A stretch of DNA of 64,000 nucleotides from an uncultured Actinomycetota bacterium (GTDB lineage Bacteria > Actinomycetota > Actinomycetes > JACCUZ01): positions 188,934-252,933 of the forward strand of contig CAVVAY010000013.1 of the NCBI GenBank assembly GCA_963746465.1, read 5' to 3'. A program made the position numbers and the translations under genes. The notes beneath the pieces were generated by a model that made no database searches, had not been told where the DNA came from, and saw only the letters and a program-made list of their open reading frames with translations. Of this stretch, positions 26,384 through 36,419 are shown piece by piece (positions within the stretch are counted from its first letter, which is position 1; each line of letters begins with the position of its first letter).

Positions 26384-27535
26384 TCAGCCGGCGTCGCGGC
26401 GCAGGGCGAGGTAGGCCGCCCGGACGCCGACGGCCCGCTCGAGCTCGGCGGTGATCTCGGAGAAGAACTGCTCGCGGTAGGTCGCGTCGGTCACCGCGTA
26501 GACGGTGAAGTACAGGCCGGAGAAGGCGGCCAGGAAGGTGGACACCTTCAGCAGCTCGCGGGAGAGCCCGATCTCGCCGAGGACCGGCGGGTAGTGCGGC
26601 GCACCGTGGCCGACCCAGCTGTTGATGACGCTGTCCTCGATCGCTACCTGGCCGAAGAGCAGGAAGAACAGCCAGACCGACACCGCGAGCAGCAGGACCT
26701 GGCTCGCCTGGGTGATCAGAAGGACCAGCAGCAGGTTGGTGCGCTGACGGCGGTCCAGCGGCTCGGTGTGCACGTCGGACAGGTCGTCGAGGTGCGACTC
26801 CAGCGGGGTGCCGCGGACCGCGCGGCGCACGACGTCCGGGTCCAGGTCGTCGTTGACGGCGGCCACCTCCTCGGGCAGCCGGGCGAGGAGGAAGCCCAGC
26901 GCCAGGGCGCCGAAGAACGCCACCGTCAGCCACAGCACCGGCCGGGACAGCGCCGAGGCGACCTGCCACACCTCGGTGTTGATGAACAGGAAGGTGATGA
27001 ACAGCAGCAGCATCGGCAGCGCTCGGGTGACCAGCCGGAACAGCGACCCGAGCTCGGCGAACGTGCGCACCATGGCCCAGCGTGCGATCGGCCCGGCGTC
27101 GAGCACCTCGGCGGCCGCGACCACCGCGAGGACCGTGAGGTCGGCCAGCAGGACCGCGAGGACGAGGTCCGGGTCGCGACGAAGCACGGCCACCACCGCG
27201 GCCGGGCCGAGGGCGAAGACCGCGACCTCGACGACGCCGACCCGCCGCGGCCGCTCCAGTGCGCGCTGACGGCGGGCCAGGTTGGCCACCGCCCACACGG
27301 CGACCAGGCCGACCAGGCCGGCGACAGCCAGCAGCAGCCGCTGCGGCCACGGCCGGTCGCCGGGGACCGCCAGGACCAGCGAGCCGAAGTAGACGAGGGT
27401 CAGGACGACGACGGACCGGCCGTGCGCGAGGTCGTCGACCTCGATCCGGCGCCCCTCCACGAAGAACGGCAGGCCGTGCCCGAGGAACCACTGCTCGGTC
27501 TCCCGGGTCGCACGCTGGTGCTCGTGCGCGGTCAC
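26384..27535 (-). CDS. Uncharacterised multi-pass membrane protein coupled to ribF
   Basis: About eight hydrophobic segments, RALPMLLLFITFLFINTEVWQ, FSGLYFTVYAVTD. GTGA overlap with the ribF stop. Confidence 0.75.
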   Translation of the reverse strand: MTAHEHQRATRETEQWFLGHGLPFFVEGRRIEVDDLAHGRSVVVLTLVYFGSLVLAVPGDRPWPQRLLLAVAGLVGLVAVWAVANLARRQRALERPRRVGVVEVAVFALGPAAVVAVLRRDPDLVLAVLLADLTVLAVVAAAEVLDAGPIARWAMVRTFAELGSLFRLVTRALPMLLLFITFLFINTEVWQVASALSRPVLWLTVAFFGALALGFLLARLPEEVAAVNDDLDPDVVRRAVRGTPLESHLDDLSDVHTEPLDRRQRTNLLLVLLITQASQVLLLAVSVWLFFLLFGQVAIEDSVINSWVGHGAPHYPPVLGEIGLSRELLKVSTFLAAFSGLYFTVYAVTDATYREQFFSEITAELERAVGVRAAYLALRRDAG

Positions 27536-28473
27536 GACGCGGCGGTGAGGGCGCGGGCCCGGTCGACGTCGAGGGCCATCTGGACGAGCAGCGGCTCGAC
27601 CCCGTCGAAGGTCACGGTCTCGCGGAGCCGCTCGAGGAAGTCGACGGCCACGTGCTCGCCGTACAGCTCGAGGTCGTCCCGGTCGAGCACGTAGGCCTCG
27701 ACCCGCCGAACGGTGCCGCCGAAGGTCGGGTTGGTGCCGATCGACACGGCGGCCGGCAGCCGGGTGCCGTCGGCGCGGGTCAGCCAGCCGGCGTACACGC
27801 CGTCGGCCGGGATGGCCGTGTCGTCGGGCAGGGACAGGTTGGCCGTGGGGTACCCGAGGCCGCGGCCGCGCTTGTCGCCCTCGACGACCGGTCCCTCGAC
27901 GCGGTGCAGCCGGCCGAGCGCGGCGGCGGCGCTGGTGACGTCGCCCTCGGCGAGGCACTGGCGGACGTACGTCGACGACCAGCGGGCCCGGTCGCCGGCC
28001 AGCGGCACGGCGACCACCTGGAAGCCGTGCCGGTCGCCTTCGGCACGCAGCGTCGTGACGTCGCCGGCGGCCCGGTGGCCGAACCGGAAGTTCTCCCCGA
28101 CGTGCACCTCGCGCGCGTGCAGCGCGTCGACGAGCACCCGGCGGACGAACTCCTCGGGCTCCCAGCGGGAGAGCTCGGCGGTGAACGGCAGCACCAGCAC
28201 TGCGTCGACCCCCTGGTCCGCGAGCAGGGCGAGCCGGTGGTCGAGGGTGGTCAGCCGGGGCGGGGCCGAGTCCGGGTGGATCACGGTCATCGGGTGCGGG
28301 TCGAAGGTCGTGACCACGGCATCCGCCCCCCGCTCGCGCGCTCGCGTGACGAGACCGGCGAGCAGCCGTCGGTGGCCGAGGTGGACGCCGTCGAAGTTGC
28401 CGATGGTCACGACGGAGCCGCTGGTGCCTCCGGCGGCGGCCGGTACGTCGTCGAGCGCACGCCAGACGCGCAC
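27532..28473 (-). CDS. ribF: Bifunctional riboflavin kinase/FAD synthetase
   Basis: IGNFDGVHLGH, TFDPHP, VGENFRFG, SSTYVR, GRGLGYPTAN, SIGTNPTF, VEAYVLD. Confidence 0.96.
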   Translation of the reverse strand: MRVWRALDDVPAAAGGTSGSVVTIGNFDGVHLGHRRLLAGLVTRARERGADAVVTTFDPHPMTVIHPDSAPPRLTTLDHRLALLADQGVDAVLVLPFTAELSRWEPEEFVRRVLVDALHAREVHVGENFRFGHRAAGDVTTLRAEGDRHGFQVVAVPLAGDRARWSSTYVRQCLAEGDVTSAAAALGRLHRVEGPVVEGDKRGRGLGYPTANLSLPDDTAIPADGVYAGWLTRADGTRLPAAVSIGTNPTFGGTVRRVEAYVLDRDDLELYGEHVAVDFLERLRETVTFDGVEPLLVQMALDVDRARALTAAS

Positions 28474-28612
28474 TGCCGGACCTCCCTGCTGGACCCTGGT
28501 CGAGGACCCGGTCAGCGTAGAGGGCGCCGGCACGCCACGTGACCTGCACCGAAGTGCTTACGCCGAGGCACCCGGACCGCGATCATGGCGGGATGCCGTC
28601 GTCCTCGGGGCC

Positions 28613-31600
28613 GTGGCCGTGAGGACGCTGCTCGCGATCACGCTGGCCTCACTGTCCTGGCGGCGCTGGTCGACCGTCGGGCTGCTGCTGACGGCCGCGA
28701 CGGCGTTCGCGGCCGCCTCGGTCGGGCCGCTGTGGGCGAACGCGTCGGAGGACTCGCTGCTGCAGCGCTCGGTGGTCGACACCAAGCCGTCGCGGATGAC
28801 CCTGACCCTGCGGGCCTACGGCAACGACATCCAGCTGGGTTCCAGCATCCCCGCGCTGGCGCTGCGCGACGTCTCCCTGGACGCCGGGATGACGCCGCTG
28901 CTGGACCGCGCCTTCGGCCCGACCCGGCTCGCCCTCACCACCGCCACCCGGCAGAGCGTGACGGTGCCGTCCCGCGGCAAGACGGAGCCGACCCGGGTGC
29001 TGTCCACCCTCGCCTGGGTCGACGGCGGCTGCGAGCGGCTGCACCTGACCGTCGGCCGGTGCCCCGAGGGCGACGGCGAGATCCTGCTGTCGGAGCGGAC
29101 GGCCCGGGCGGTGGGCGCCGTCGTCGGCCGGCCGGTCTCGCTGCCGCTGTTCGCGACCGAGCCGGAGGAGGCGGGGAGCGGCGACCCGTTCCCGACCGAG
29201 CTGCGGCTGGTGGGCGTGTACCGGCGCCCGGACACCGGGACGCCGTTCTGGGCCGGCTCGAGCCTGTTCGACGTGGCTCCGGCAGGGTTGTCGGCCCAGG
29301 ACCCGGTGCCGGCCCGGACCGAGGCCGGGTTCCTGACCCGGGCGCTGATGGAGCGGCTGGCCGAGACCCCGGTCGAGGCGGTCGCCACCCGCCGGTACGT
29401 CCCCCGTGCGCCGCGCGGCGACGTGGTGGACCCGGTGCAGGACGAGCTCGCCCGGTGGGACGCCGCGCACCAGGCCAGGTCGGGGAGCGTGCGGGTCAGC
29501 AACGCGCCGCTGCGGACGATGGCCGGCGTCCGGGACGAGCGCGACGCGGTCCGGCTGGCGTCCTACGTCCTGGGCCTCCAGCTGCTGATGATGGTCTGGT
29601 ACATGCTGTTCCTGCTGACGTCGACGTCGGCTGAGAGCCGCTCGCACGACGTGGCGCTGGCCAAGCTGCGTGGCCTGCGGCCCCGGAAGGTCGCCGTCCT
29701 GGGGCTGCTGGAGCCGCTGGCGGTGGTGACCGCCGCCGTCCCGCTGGGCTTCCTGTTGGCCTTCGTCGTGGTGCGCGCGGTGGCCGGTGCCCTGCTGCCC
29801 GGGTCGGTCGACCTGCGCCCGGACCAGGCGCTGGCCGCCGGGCTGCTGATCGCGATGGCCGGCGCGCTGACCGCCGCCGCGCTCGGGCTGCGGCGCACCT
29901 TGCGCCAGCCGGTGCTGGCGCAGCTGCAGCGCGCCACGCCGGCGACGGCGGTCGGCCGGGTGCTGCTGGCCGAGGCGGTCGTGGTGACCGCGGCGCTGGC
30001 CGCGCTGTGGCAGGTGCGGACCCGCGAGGGCGACGAGGGCCTCGACGGGCTGGCCCTGCTGGCCCCGGGGCTCGCTGCGCTGGCGGTCGGGGTGATCGGT
30101 GGCCGGCTGCTGCACGAGTTCGCCCGGCGGTGGACGCGCCGCACCCGGCACAGCAGCGACGTCGCCGGCTTCCTGGCGTCCCGCCAGATCGGCCGGCGCA
30201 CCGGGGGCACTCGAGCGGCGGTCATCGTGACCGTCACGATGGCGCTGGCCGCCTTCGCCGCGAGCACCTGGGGGCTCGTCGAGCGGCAGCGGGACGGGCA
30301 GGCGGCCATGGAGATCGGGGCCGGCCGGGTCTACCGGGTGGACGCCCCGTCGCCGGCCCGGCTGCTGAGCACGGTCCAGGAGCTCGACCCGACCGGGAAG
30401 GATCTCGCCGCGGCTGTCATCTACCCCTCCACCTTCCCCAGCGACCGGGTGCTGGCCGTCGACAGCCGTCGCCTTGCTGCCGTGTCGGTGTGGCAGCAGC
30501 CGTGGAGCGGCTCCGGCATCGCGCAGGTCGCCCGGCGGATGCGCTCGGACACCGCAGCCAGCCTGTCGCTGATCGGGCGCGACCTCGAGGTGACGTTGGA
30601 CCACGCGGTCCCCAACGGCTCGCCGGACGTCTCGCTGGTGGCGACGGTGGTCGACCGCGACGGTCGCGAGTTCCCGGTGTCGTTCGGCGAGCTGACCGTC
30701 GGGCCGCAGACCGTGACGGCCGAGACGGAGGCCTGCCTGCGCGGCTGCCGGATCGCCAGCTTCGGCCTGGTCCGGAGCCAGGGGCAGCTCGGGGCCATGG
30801 TGGGCCGCACCACGTTCACCGGGCTCACGGTCGACCGGGAGCCGGTCACCGATCCGTTCCGGTCGGCCGACTGGCGGCCGAGCAGGATCAACGAGGACCT
30901 TCCGCTGAGCTCGACGGTGTCGACGATCCGTCGGGCGGTCGACGGCGTGGAGATGCGGTTCAACGTGACCCCGTCGCTGAGTCCCGGCATGAGCCGGGCC
31001 GACGTGCCCGCCGAGGTGCCGGTGGTCGTCACCGCCGCGACCTCCCTGCCGCCGGTCGGCCGTGACGAGCTGGTGATGACCCGCGGGCTGGACGGGTTCC
31101 TGGTGCCGTCGCGGGTCGTGGAGCGGGCCGCGGTCCTCCCCCGCCTCGGCGGAGCGGGCGTCCTGACCGACCTCGAGATCGCCTACCGGGCGGGTCCGGA
31201 CCCGGTGCCCGGCCTGGTGTACCAGGTCTGGGCCAGCGACCAGGCGCCGCGCGGCGCCGTCCTGCGCGACCGGCTGCGGATGGCCGGGCTCCCGGTGACC
31301 CGGGTGGAGACCGTCGAGCGCCGGGCAGAGGCGCTGTCCCGCACCGGGCCCGCCCTGGCGCTGGCGCTGCTGGTCGGGGTCGCACTGGCCGCGCTGGCGA
31401 TCGCCGTACTGGCCCTGCTCGCCGTCGCGCTCGTGCAGGGACGTCGCCGGTCCTACGAGCTCGCCGCGCTCCGCACCGCCGGGGTGTCCGACCGCGTGCT
31501 GAGACGGGCGTCCCTTCGCGAGTACGTCGTGCAGCTGGGGGCCGGAACCGTCGCCGGTGTCCTCTGCGGAGCGACGACCGCTCGGCTGCTCGGCAGCTCG

Positions 31601-31777
31601 GTGGCCGGGCTGGGGCGCAACGGGACCCGGGCTCCGGTGGTCGACGCGGTCGAGTGGGCGACGCTGCTGCCGGTCACCGTCGTGGGGATGGTCGTGTTCG
31701 TCGTCGTCGCCCAGCTCTGCGCCCGCGCCAACGTGCGCTTCGCCGACGTCGACCTGCTGCGGGAGGCGGCGACATGA
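28613..31777 (+). CDS. Large FtsX/MacB-like ABC permease (two periplasmic-plus-TM halves)
   Basis: Two RxxELA(L/A)LR-type FtsX motifs (RSHDVALAKLRG, RSYELAALRTAG), large extracellular loops, several TM bundles. Start approximate. Confidence 0.8.
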   Translation: MAVRTLLAITLASLSWRRWSTVGLLLTAATAFAAASVGPLWANASEDSLLQRSVVDTKPSRMTLTLRAYGNDIQLGSSIPALALRDVSLDAGMTPLLDRAFGPTRLALTTATRQSVTVPSRGKTEPTRVLSTLAWVDGGCERLHLTVGRCPEGDGEILLSERTARAVGAVVGRPVSLPLFATEPEEAGSGDPFPTELRLVGVYRRPDTGTPFWAGSSLFDVAPAGLSAQDPVPARTEAGFLTRALMERLAETPVEAVATRRYVPRAPRGDVVDPVQDELARWDAAHQARSGSVRVSNAPLRTMAGVRDERDAVRLASYVLGLQLLMMVWYMLFLLTSTSAESRSHDVALAKLRGLRPRKVAVLGLLEPLAVVTAAVPLGFLLAFVVVRAVAGALLPGSVDLRPDQALAAGLLIAMAGALTAAALGLRRTLRQPVLAQLQRATPATAVGRVLLAEAVVVTAALAALWQVRTREGDEGLDGLALLAPGLAALAVGVIGGRLLHEFARRWTRRTRHSSDVAGFLASRQIGRRTGGTRAAVIVTVTMALAAFAASTWGLVERQRDGQAAMEIGAGRVYRVDAPSPARLLSTVQELDPTGKDLAAAVIYPSTFPSDRVLAVDSRRLAAVSVWQQPWSGSGIAQVARRMRSDTAASLSLIGRDLEVTLDHAVPNGSPDVSLVATVVDRDGREFPVSFGELTVGPQTVTAETEACLRGCRIASFGLVRSQGQLGAMVGRTTFTGLTVDREPVTDPFRSADWRPSRINEDLPLSSTVSTIRRAVDGVEMRFNVTPSLSPGMSRADVPAEVPVVVTAATSLPPVGRDELVMTRGLDGFLVPSRVVERAAVLPRLGGAGVLTDLEIAYRAGPDPVPGLVYQVWASDQAPRGAVLRDRLRMAGLPVTRVETVERRAEALSRTGPALALALLVGVALAALAIAVLALLAVALVQGRRRSYELAALRTAGVSDRVLRRASLREYVVQLGAGTVAGVLCGATTARLLGSSVAGLGRNGTRAPVVDAVEWATLLPVTVVGMVVFVVVAQLCARANVRFADVDLLREAAT

Positions 31778-32610
31778 GCACCGCACTGGGGGTCGTCTGC
31801 GAGGGGCTGGTGCAGATCTACCCCTCCGAGGACGGCAGCGACGTGGTCGCGCTGCGCAGCGTGGACCTCGACCTCGCCGCAGGGAGCCGGAACGCGCTGC
31901 TCGGTCCGTCCGGGTCCGGCAAGTCGACACTGCTCAACCTGCTCGCCGGCCTGCTCCGGCCGACGGCGGGGACGCTCCGGGTCGGCGACCACGACCTGTC
32001 GGCGATGTCGGAGCGCGAGCTCGTGGGCTTCCGGGCCGGTGGCGTGGGGTCGCTGATCCAGGGCGCCGGGCGCAACCTGCTCCCCCACGCCACTGCCGCG
32101 CAGAACGTGTCGTTCGCCCGGCTCGGCCTGCGGCGTGGGAAGCGGCGCGACCTGATGCCGGCCGGCGACCTGCTCGGCCTCGTCGGTGCCGGCCACCTGT
32201 CCGGTCGCCGGGTTGCCGAGCTCTCCGGCGGGGAGCAGCAGCGGGTCGCGCTGGCGGTCGCGGTCGCCAACCAGCCTGGGCTGCTGCTCGCCGACGAGCC
32301 GACCTCGCAGCTCGGCCTGGAGCACCGGGCCGACATGGTCGACACCCTGAACCGGGTCAACGAGGTCCTGGGGGCGACGGTGATCGTGGTGACGCACGAC
32401 CCGGTCGTGGCGGCCCGGCTCGGTCGCACGGTGACCATCCGCGACGGACGGGTCGGCTCGATGGGCGGCGAGGGCAGCGACTTCGCGGTGGTCGCGCGCG
32501 ACGGGAGCATCCAGCTTCCGCAGTCGGCACGGAAGCGGTGGCCGGCCGGCACGCTGCTCGGGTACGACGACGACGGCACCGAGCTGCGACTGCGGGAGCG
32601 CGAGCCGTGA
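31774..32610 (+). CDS. ABC transporter ATP-binding protein (LolD/MacB-like) with short C-terminal extension
   Basis: GPSGSGKS, LSGGEQQRVA, LLLADEPT, VVTHD, tail VVARDGSIQLP. Confidence 0.9.
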   Translation: MSTALGVVCEGLVQIYPSEDGSDVVALRSVDLDLAAGSRNALLGPSGSGKSTLLNLLAGLLRPTAGTLRVGDHDLSAMSERELVGFRAGGVGSLIQGAGRNLLPHATAAQNVSFARLGLRRGKRRDLMPAGDLLGLVGAGHLSGRRVAELSGGEQQRVALAVAVANQPGLLLADEPTSQLGLEHRADMVDTLNRVNEVLGATVIVVTHDPVVAARLGRTVTIRDGRVGSMGGEGSDFAVVARDGSIQLPQSARKRWPAGTLLGYDDDGTELRLREREP

Positions 32611-33245
32611 GCCGGCGGCTGCTGCTCGAGGCGCGCGAGGTCAGCGTGGTCCGGGACGGCCGGCGCGTCGTCGACCGGGTCTCGCTGTCGGCGTACGCCG
32701 GGGAGGTCGTCGGCATCGGCGGACCCTCAGGCTCCGGGAAGACGAGCCTGCTCACTGTTCTGTCCGGTCTGGCCGGCCCGGACTCCGGCAGCGTCGTGCT
32801 GCACGGGTCGCCGCGGGTCGGCATGGTGCTGCAGGGCTACGGACTGGTCCCGGTCCTGACCGCGGCGGAGAACGTCGAGGTCGTGCTGCAGGCCGAGGGC
32901 CGCGACGCCGCGGAGGTGTCCGCGGCGGCAGCGGCGGCCCTGGAGCGGGTGCTGATCGCCGACCTCGGCGACCGCCTGGTGGACCGGCTGTCCGGCGGGC
33001 AGCAGCAGCGGGCGGCAGTGGCTCGCGGCCTGGTGGCGGACCCCGACGTGCTGCTGGCGGACGAGCCGACGTCCGAGCTCGACGAGGTCTCGCGCGACCA
33101 TGTCGTGCAGGAGCTGGTGGCGCAGGCCCGGTCCGGGTCGCTCGTCGTCCTGGCCAGCCACGACCGCGACGTGCTCGCGGCCTGCGACCGGACGCTGTGG
33201 CTGGTGGCGGGTCGGCTGGTCGACGCACCGGACCTGGTGGGCTAG
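32607..33245 (+). CDS. ABC transporter ATP-binding protein
   Basis: GPSGSGKT, LSGGQQQR, LLADEPTSELD, ASHD. GTGA overlap. Confidence 0.9.
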   Translation: MSRRLLLEAREVSVVRDGRRVVDRVSLSAYAGEVVGIGGPSGSGKTSLLTVLSGLAGPDSGSVVLHGSPRVGMVLQGYGLVPVLTAAENVEVVLQAEGRDAAEVSAAAAAALERVLIADLGDRLVDRLSGGQQQRAAVARGLVADPDVLLADEPTSELDEVSRDHVVQELVAQARSGSLVVLASHDRDVLAACDRTLWLVAGRLVDAPDLVG

Positions 33246-33983
33246 GTGGACGTCGTCGCGCGGCTGCGATCGGTGGCCGCCTCGACGCTGGTGGACCCGC
33301 AGGGCCACGACGTTTCCCTTCGCCTGCTGCCGGGTCTGGACGAGACAGAGCTTGCGGAGCTGCAGTCCCGCTTCTCGGTGCCGCTGCCCGCGGAGCTGCT
33401 GCGGCTCGCTGCGTTCACCCGAGGTGTCGAGGGGCTGCTGGATCTCGACCTGACCGGCGAGCGGCACAGCGTCGAGGCCGCCGAGCTGCTGCCGGCCGGC
33501 CTGCCGGTGGCGGCCGACGGCTTCGGCAACTTCTGGGTCCTCGACCTCACGCCGGACACCATGGACGTAGCACCGGTGTTCTTCCTGGGCCATGACCCCG
33601 CGGTCCTGCTGTACCAGGCACCGGACCTGGCGAGCTTCCTCGACGAGGCGATCACGCGCTACGAGCCGCCGCACCGGTCGCTGGTGGAGGACGTCCGGCA
33701 GGACCGGCTGCACGACGTCTGGAGCAGCCGTCCCGGTGCGCTGCCCCGGGCGGCAGCGCTCGGCTCGCCGGACGCCGCACTCCGCGAGTTCGCCGAGACC
33801 CTGGACGACACCTGGACCGTGGTGGATCTTCGCCACCGTCAGGTCGGCGGTGGCCTCGCATGGGGTCGGCACGGCCCGCGCACCCGGCTGGCCCGGCACG
33901 GCTGGGAGCGGATCTTCGGCTACGCGCCGTACGAGAAGCCACGGCGGTCCTGGCGCCGGCTCGGCCGCCGCGCGAGGGTCTGA
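33246..33983 (+). CDS. SMI1/KNR4 (SUKH) family protein
   Basis: PGLDETELAELQSRFSVPLPAEL..LL, LPVAADGFGNFWVLDL, VFFLGHD, APDLASFL. Confidence 0.7.
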   Translation: MDVVARLRSVAASTLVDPQGHDVSLRLLPGLDETELAELQSRFSVPLPAELLRLAAFTRGVEGLLDLDLTGERHSVEAAELLPAGLPVAADGFGNFWVLDLTPDTMDVAPVFFLGHDPAVLLYQAPDLASFLDEAITRYEPPHRSLVEDVRQDRLHDVWSSRPGALPRAAALGSPDAALREFAETLDDTWTVVDLRHRQVGGGLAWGRHGPRTRLARHGWERIFGYAPYEKPRRSWRRLGRRARV

Positions 33984-34051
33984 CCTGCGAGTGTTCTCCG
34001 AGCTCGGCGCAGGACCGATGACTTCCCGGTGGTACGAGGGTCTGGTGTGGC

Positions 34052-35401
34052 ATGAATGATGCGACGCGAACAAAGCTGGCCGGCTCGCTGGACGGCTCGG
34101 TGCTGCTGCCCGGTGACCCGGCGTACGACGAGTCCCGGACGATCTGGAACGCGATCGTCGACCGGCGTCCCCAGCTGATCATCCGGTGCGCCAGCGTGAG
34201 CGACGTGGTGACGGCGGTCCGGACCGCGCGCGAGCTCGACCTCGAGATCGGCGTCCGGTGCGGCGGCCACAGCGCGGCGGGCCACGCGGTGCCGGATGGC
34301 GGGCTGATGATCGACCTGGCACCGCTGCGTGCGGTCCGCGTCGACCCGCGGCAGCAGCGCGCCGTCGTACAGGGCGGCGCGCTCCTCGGGGCGCTGGACC
34401 GGGCGAGCCAGCAGTACGGGCTGGCCACCACCGCGGGCAACGTGTCGCACACCGGCGTCGGCGGTCTCACTCTCGGCGGCGGGATGGGATGGCTGGCCCG
34501 GCAGGTCGGCCTGGCATGCGACAACGTCGCGTCGTTCGAGGTCGTCACCGCCGAGGGTGAGGTCCTGCGGGCGAGCGAGTCCCAGCACCCCGATCTCTAC
34601 TGGGCGCTGCGCGGCGGCGGCGGAAATTTCGGGATCGTCACCGAGTTCGAGTTCCGGCTGCACGACGTCGGCACCCAGTCGCTGTCCGTCGAGATCGACT
34701 TCCCGGTCGACCAGGCAGCCACCGCGCTGCGCGGGTGGCGTGACCTCAGCGCATCGGCTCCGCGCGAGGCGACGTTCACGGCGGGGATCGGCGGAGGTGT
34801 CGTGACGCTCGGCTTCGTCTGGGTGGGCGACCCAAAGCGCGGCGAGGCCCTGGTTCCCGCTGTGCGCGCACTGGGTCGCCCGTCGGCCGAGCGCGTCGAG
34901 CGCCTCACCTACGTCGAGCTGCAGACCCGCGACGACGTGGTGGACGGGCACGCGCGCCGTCGCTACACCAAGGGGCACTACTTCCGGGGTCTCACCGACG
35001 AGGTCATCGACACCATGGTGACGGTGGTCGCGATCGGGCCGTTCGCTCCCGGCGTCGGGCTGCAGGCGTATGGCGGGGCGATCGCGGACGTGCCCGAGGA
35101 CGACACCGCCTTCAGCCACCGCGACACCGCGTTCGAGCTCGGCGCGAGCACCGGGTGGACCGATTCCGCCGAGGACGAGGTGCGCATCCAGACGGCACGG
35201 TCCTACGCCGCGACGCTCGAGCCGTTCGCCTCGGGCGTCTACGTGAACGTCCTCGGTGACGAGGGTGCCGCCGGCGTGCGCCGCGCGTACTCACCGGAGA
35301 AGCTCTCCCGGCTCACCACCGTCAAGGACACCTACGACCCGCAGAACGTCTTCCACCTGAACCAGAACATCCAGCCCTCGAGCTCGTCGGACCTCGTCTG
35401 A
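34052..35401 (+). CDS. FAD-binding oxidoreductase (VAO/PCMH fold with BBE C-terminus)
   Basis: VRCGGHS covalent FAD His motif, TGVGGLTLGGG, DLYWALRGGGGNFGIVT, YVN, KDTYDPQNVFHLNQNI. Confidence 0.92.
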   Translation: MNDATRTKLAGSLDGSVLLPGDPAYDESRTIWNAIVDRRPQLIIRCASVSDVVTAVRTARELDLEIGVRCGGHSAAGHAVPDGGLMIDLAPLRAVRVDPRQQRAVVQGGALLGALDRASQQYGLATTAGNVSHTGVGGLTLGGGMGWLARQVGLACDNVASFEVVTAEGEVLRASESQHPDLYWALRGGGGNFGIVTEFEFRLHDVGTQSLSVEIDFPVDQAATALRGWRDLSASAPREATFTAGIGGGVVTLGFVWVGDPKRGEALVPAVRALGRPSAERVERLTYVELQTRDDVVDGHARRRYTKGHYFRGLTDEVIDTMVTVVAIGPFAPGVGLQAYGGAIADVPEDDTAFSHRDTAFELGASTGWTDSAEDEVRIQTARSYAATLEPFASGVYVNVLGDEGAAGVRRAYSPEKLSRLTTVKDTYDPQNVFHLNQNIQPSSSSDLV

Positions 35402-35471
35402 CGCAAGACCCTGGCGGTGCGTCGTCCCTCTGTGCGAGGGTCTGCCCCTGGCGCGCTCCCTGGGGGTATCG

Positions 35472-35921
35472 ATGGCACAGCGCAGTGTGGCGAGCTTCAC
35501 CACCACGATCGACCGGCCACCCGAGGTCGTCTTCGACTACCTGGCCGATGTCGGCAAGCACGCCGAGTGGTCGCCGAAGCCCTACCGCGTGGAAGGCTCG
35601 TCCGGGAGGGTCAAGGTCGGCGACACCTTCACCTCTATCGGCACCATCCCCGGCGACAAGAACCACCGCAACGAGGTCACGGTCACCGAGTGCACTCCGC
35701 CACGGCGACTGGTGCTCGATTCGCTCGAGAAGGATGAGCACTTCATCAACACCTTCGAGCTCGAACCGCACGGGGGCGGCACCCGGCTGGTTCGCACCAC
35801 GGACGCACCGAAGCCGCCGTTCCCAGTGTCAGTCGTGTTCCCGCTGATCATGGCGGTCTTCATCCGTCCAGACGTCGAGAAAGGGCTCCGGAACCTCAAG
35901 GCCACGCTCGAACGGAACTGA
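35472..35921 (+). CDS. SRPBCC/polyketide cyclase family protein
   Basis: TTIDRPPEVVFDYLAD..EWSP, VTECTPPRRL, FELEP.GGGTRL, C-terminal helix LRNLKATLE. Confidence 0.8.
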   Translation: MAQRSVASFTTTIDRPPEVVFDYLADVGKHAEWSPKPYRVEGSSGRVKVGDTFTSIGTIPGDKNHRNEVTVTECTPPRRLVLDSLEKDEHFINTFELEPHGGGTRLVRTTDAPKPPFPVSVVFPLIMAVFIRPDVEKGLRNLKATLERN

Positions 35922-36044
35922 ACGGCACGTCGCCGTCCCGCACAGGTCCGATGTCCGGGTTCTGGTGTGACCTTGTCGGATTCGCCGGTCGTCGTTCGTA
36001 GGGTTGGTGACGCGGGCCGTCAGGCCCCAGGAGAAGGAGCGGTC

Positions 36045-36395
36045 ATGCCGGAGTACCTCATCTACTTCAACCAGCAGTGGGTGGGCGACCACACCGAGGA
36101 GTGGTTCCGCGGACGCGGACCGCTCGCCTCGGCGGTCGTGGACGAGATCAAGGCTGCTGGCGCGTACCTCTTCGCCGGAGGACTGGAGGAGGACGGCCCG
36201 GTCTACAGCGCCGACGCGACCAGCGGCACCTTGGTGATCTCCGACGGACCGTACGTGGAGACCAAGGAGTTCCTGGGGGGGTTCACCGTGGTGGACGTGT
36301 CTGATGACGAGACGGCCACGATGTGGGCGGGAAAGATCGCGGAGGCCTGCGGCTGGCCCCAGGAGGTGCGCCGCTTCGGGCACCTTCCCGAGTGA
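36045..36395 (+). CDS. YciI/DGPF-domain protein
   Basis: AGGL, ISDGPYVETKEFLGGFTVVDV, EVRRF. RBS AAGGAG. Confidence 0.88.
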   Translation: MPEYLIYFNQQWVGDHTEEWFRGRGPLASAVVDEIKAAGAYLFAGGLEEDGPVYSADATSGTLVISDGPYVETKEFLGGFTVVDVSDDETATMWAGKIAEACGWPQEVRRFGHLPE

Positions 36396-36419
36396 CTGCA
36401 CCTGCTGACGCCGACGCTG

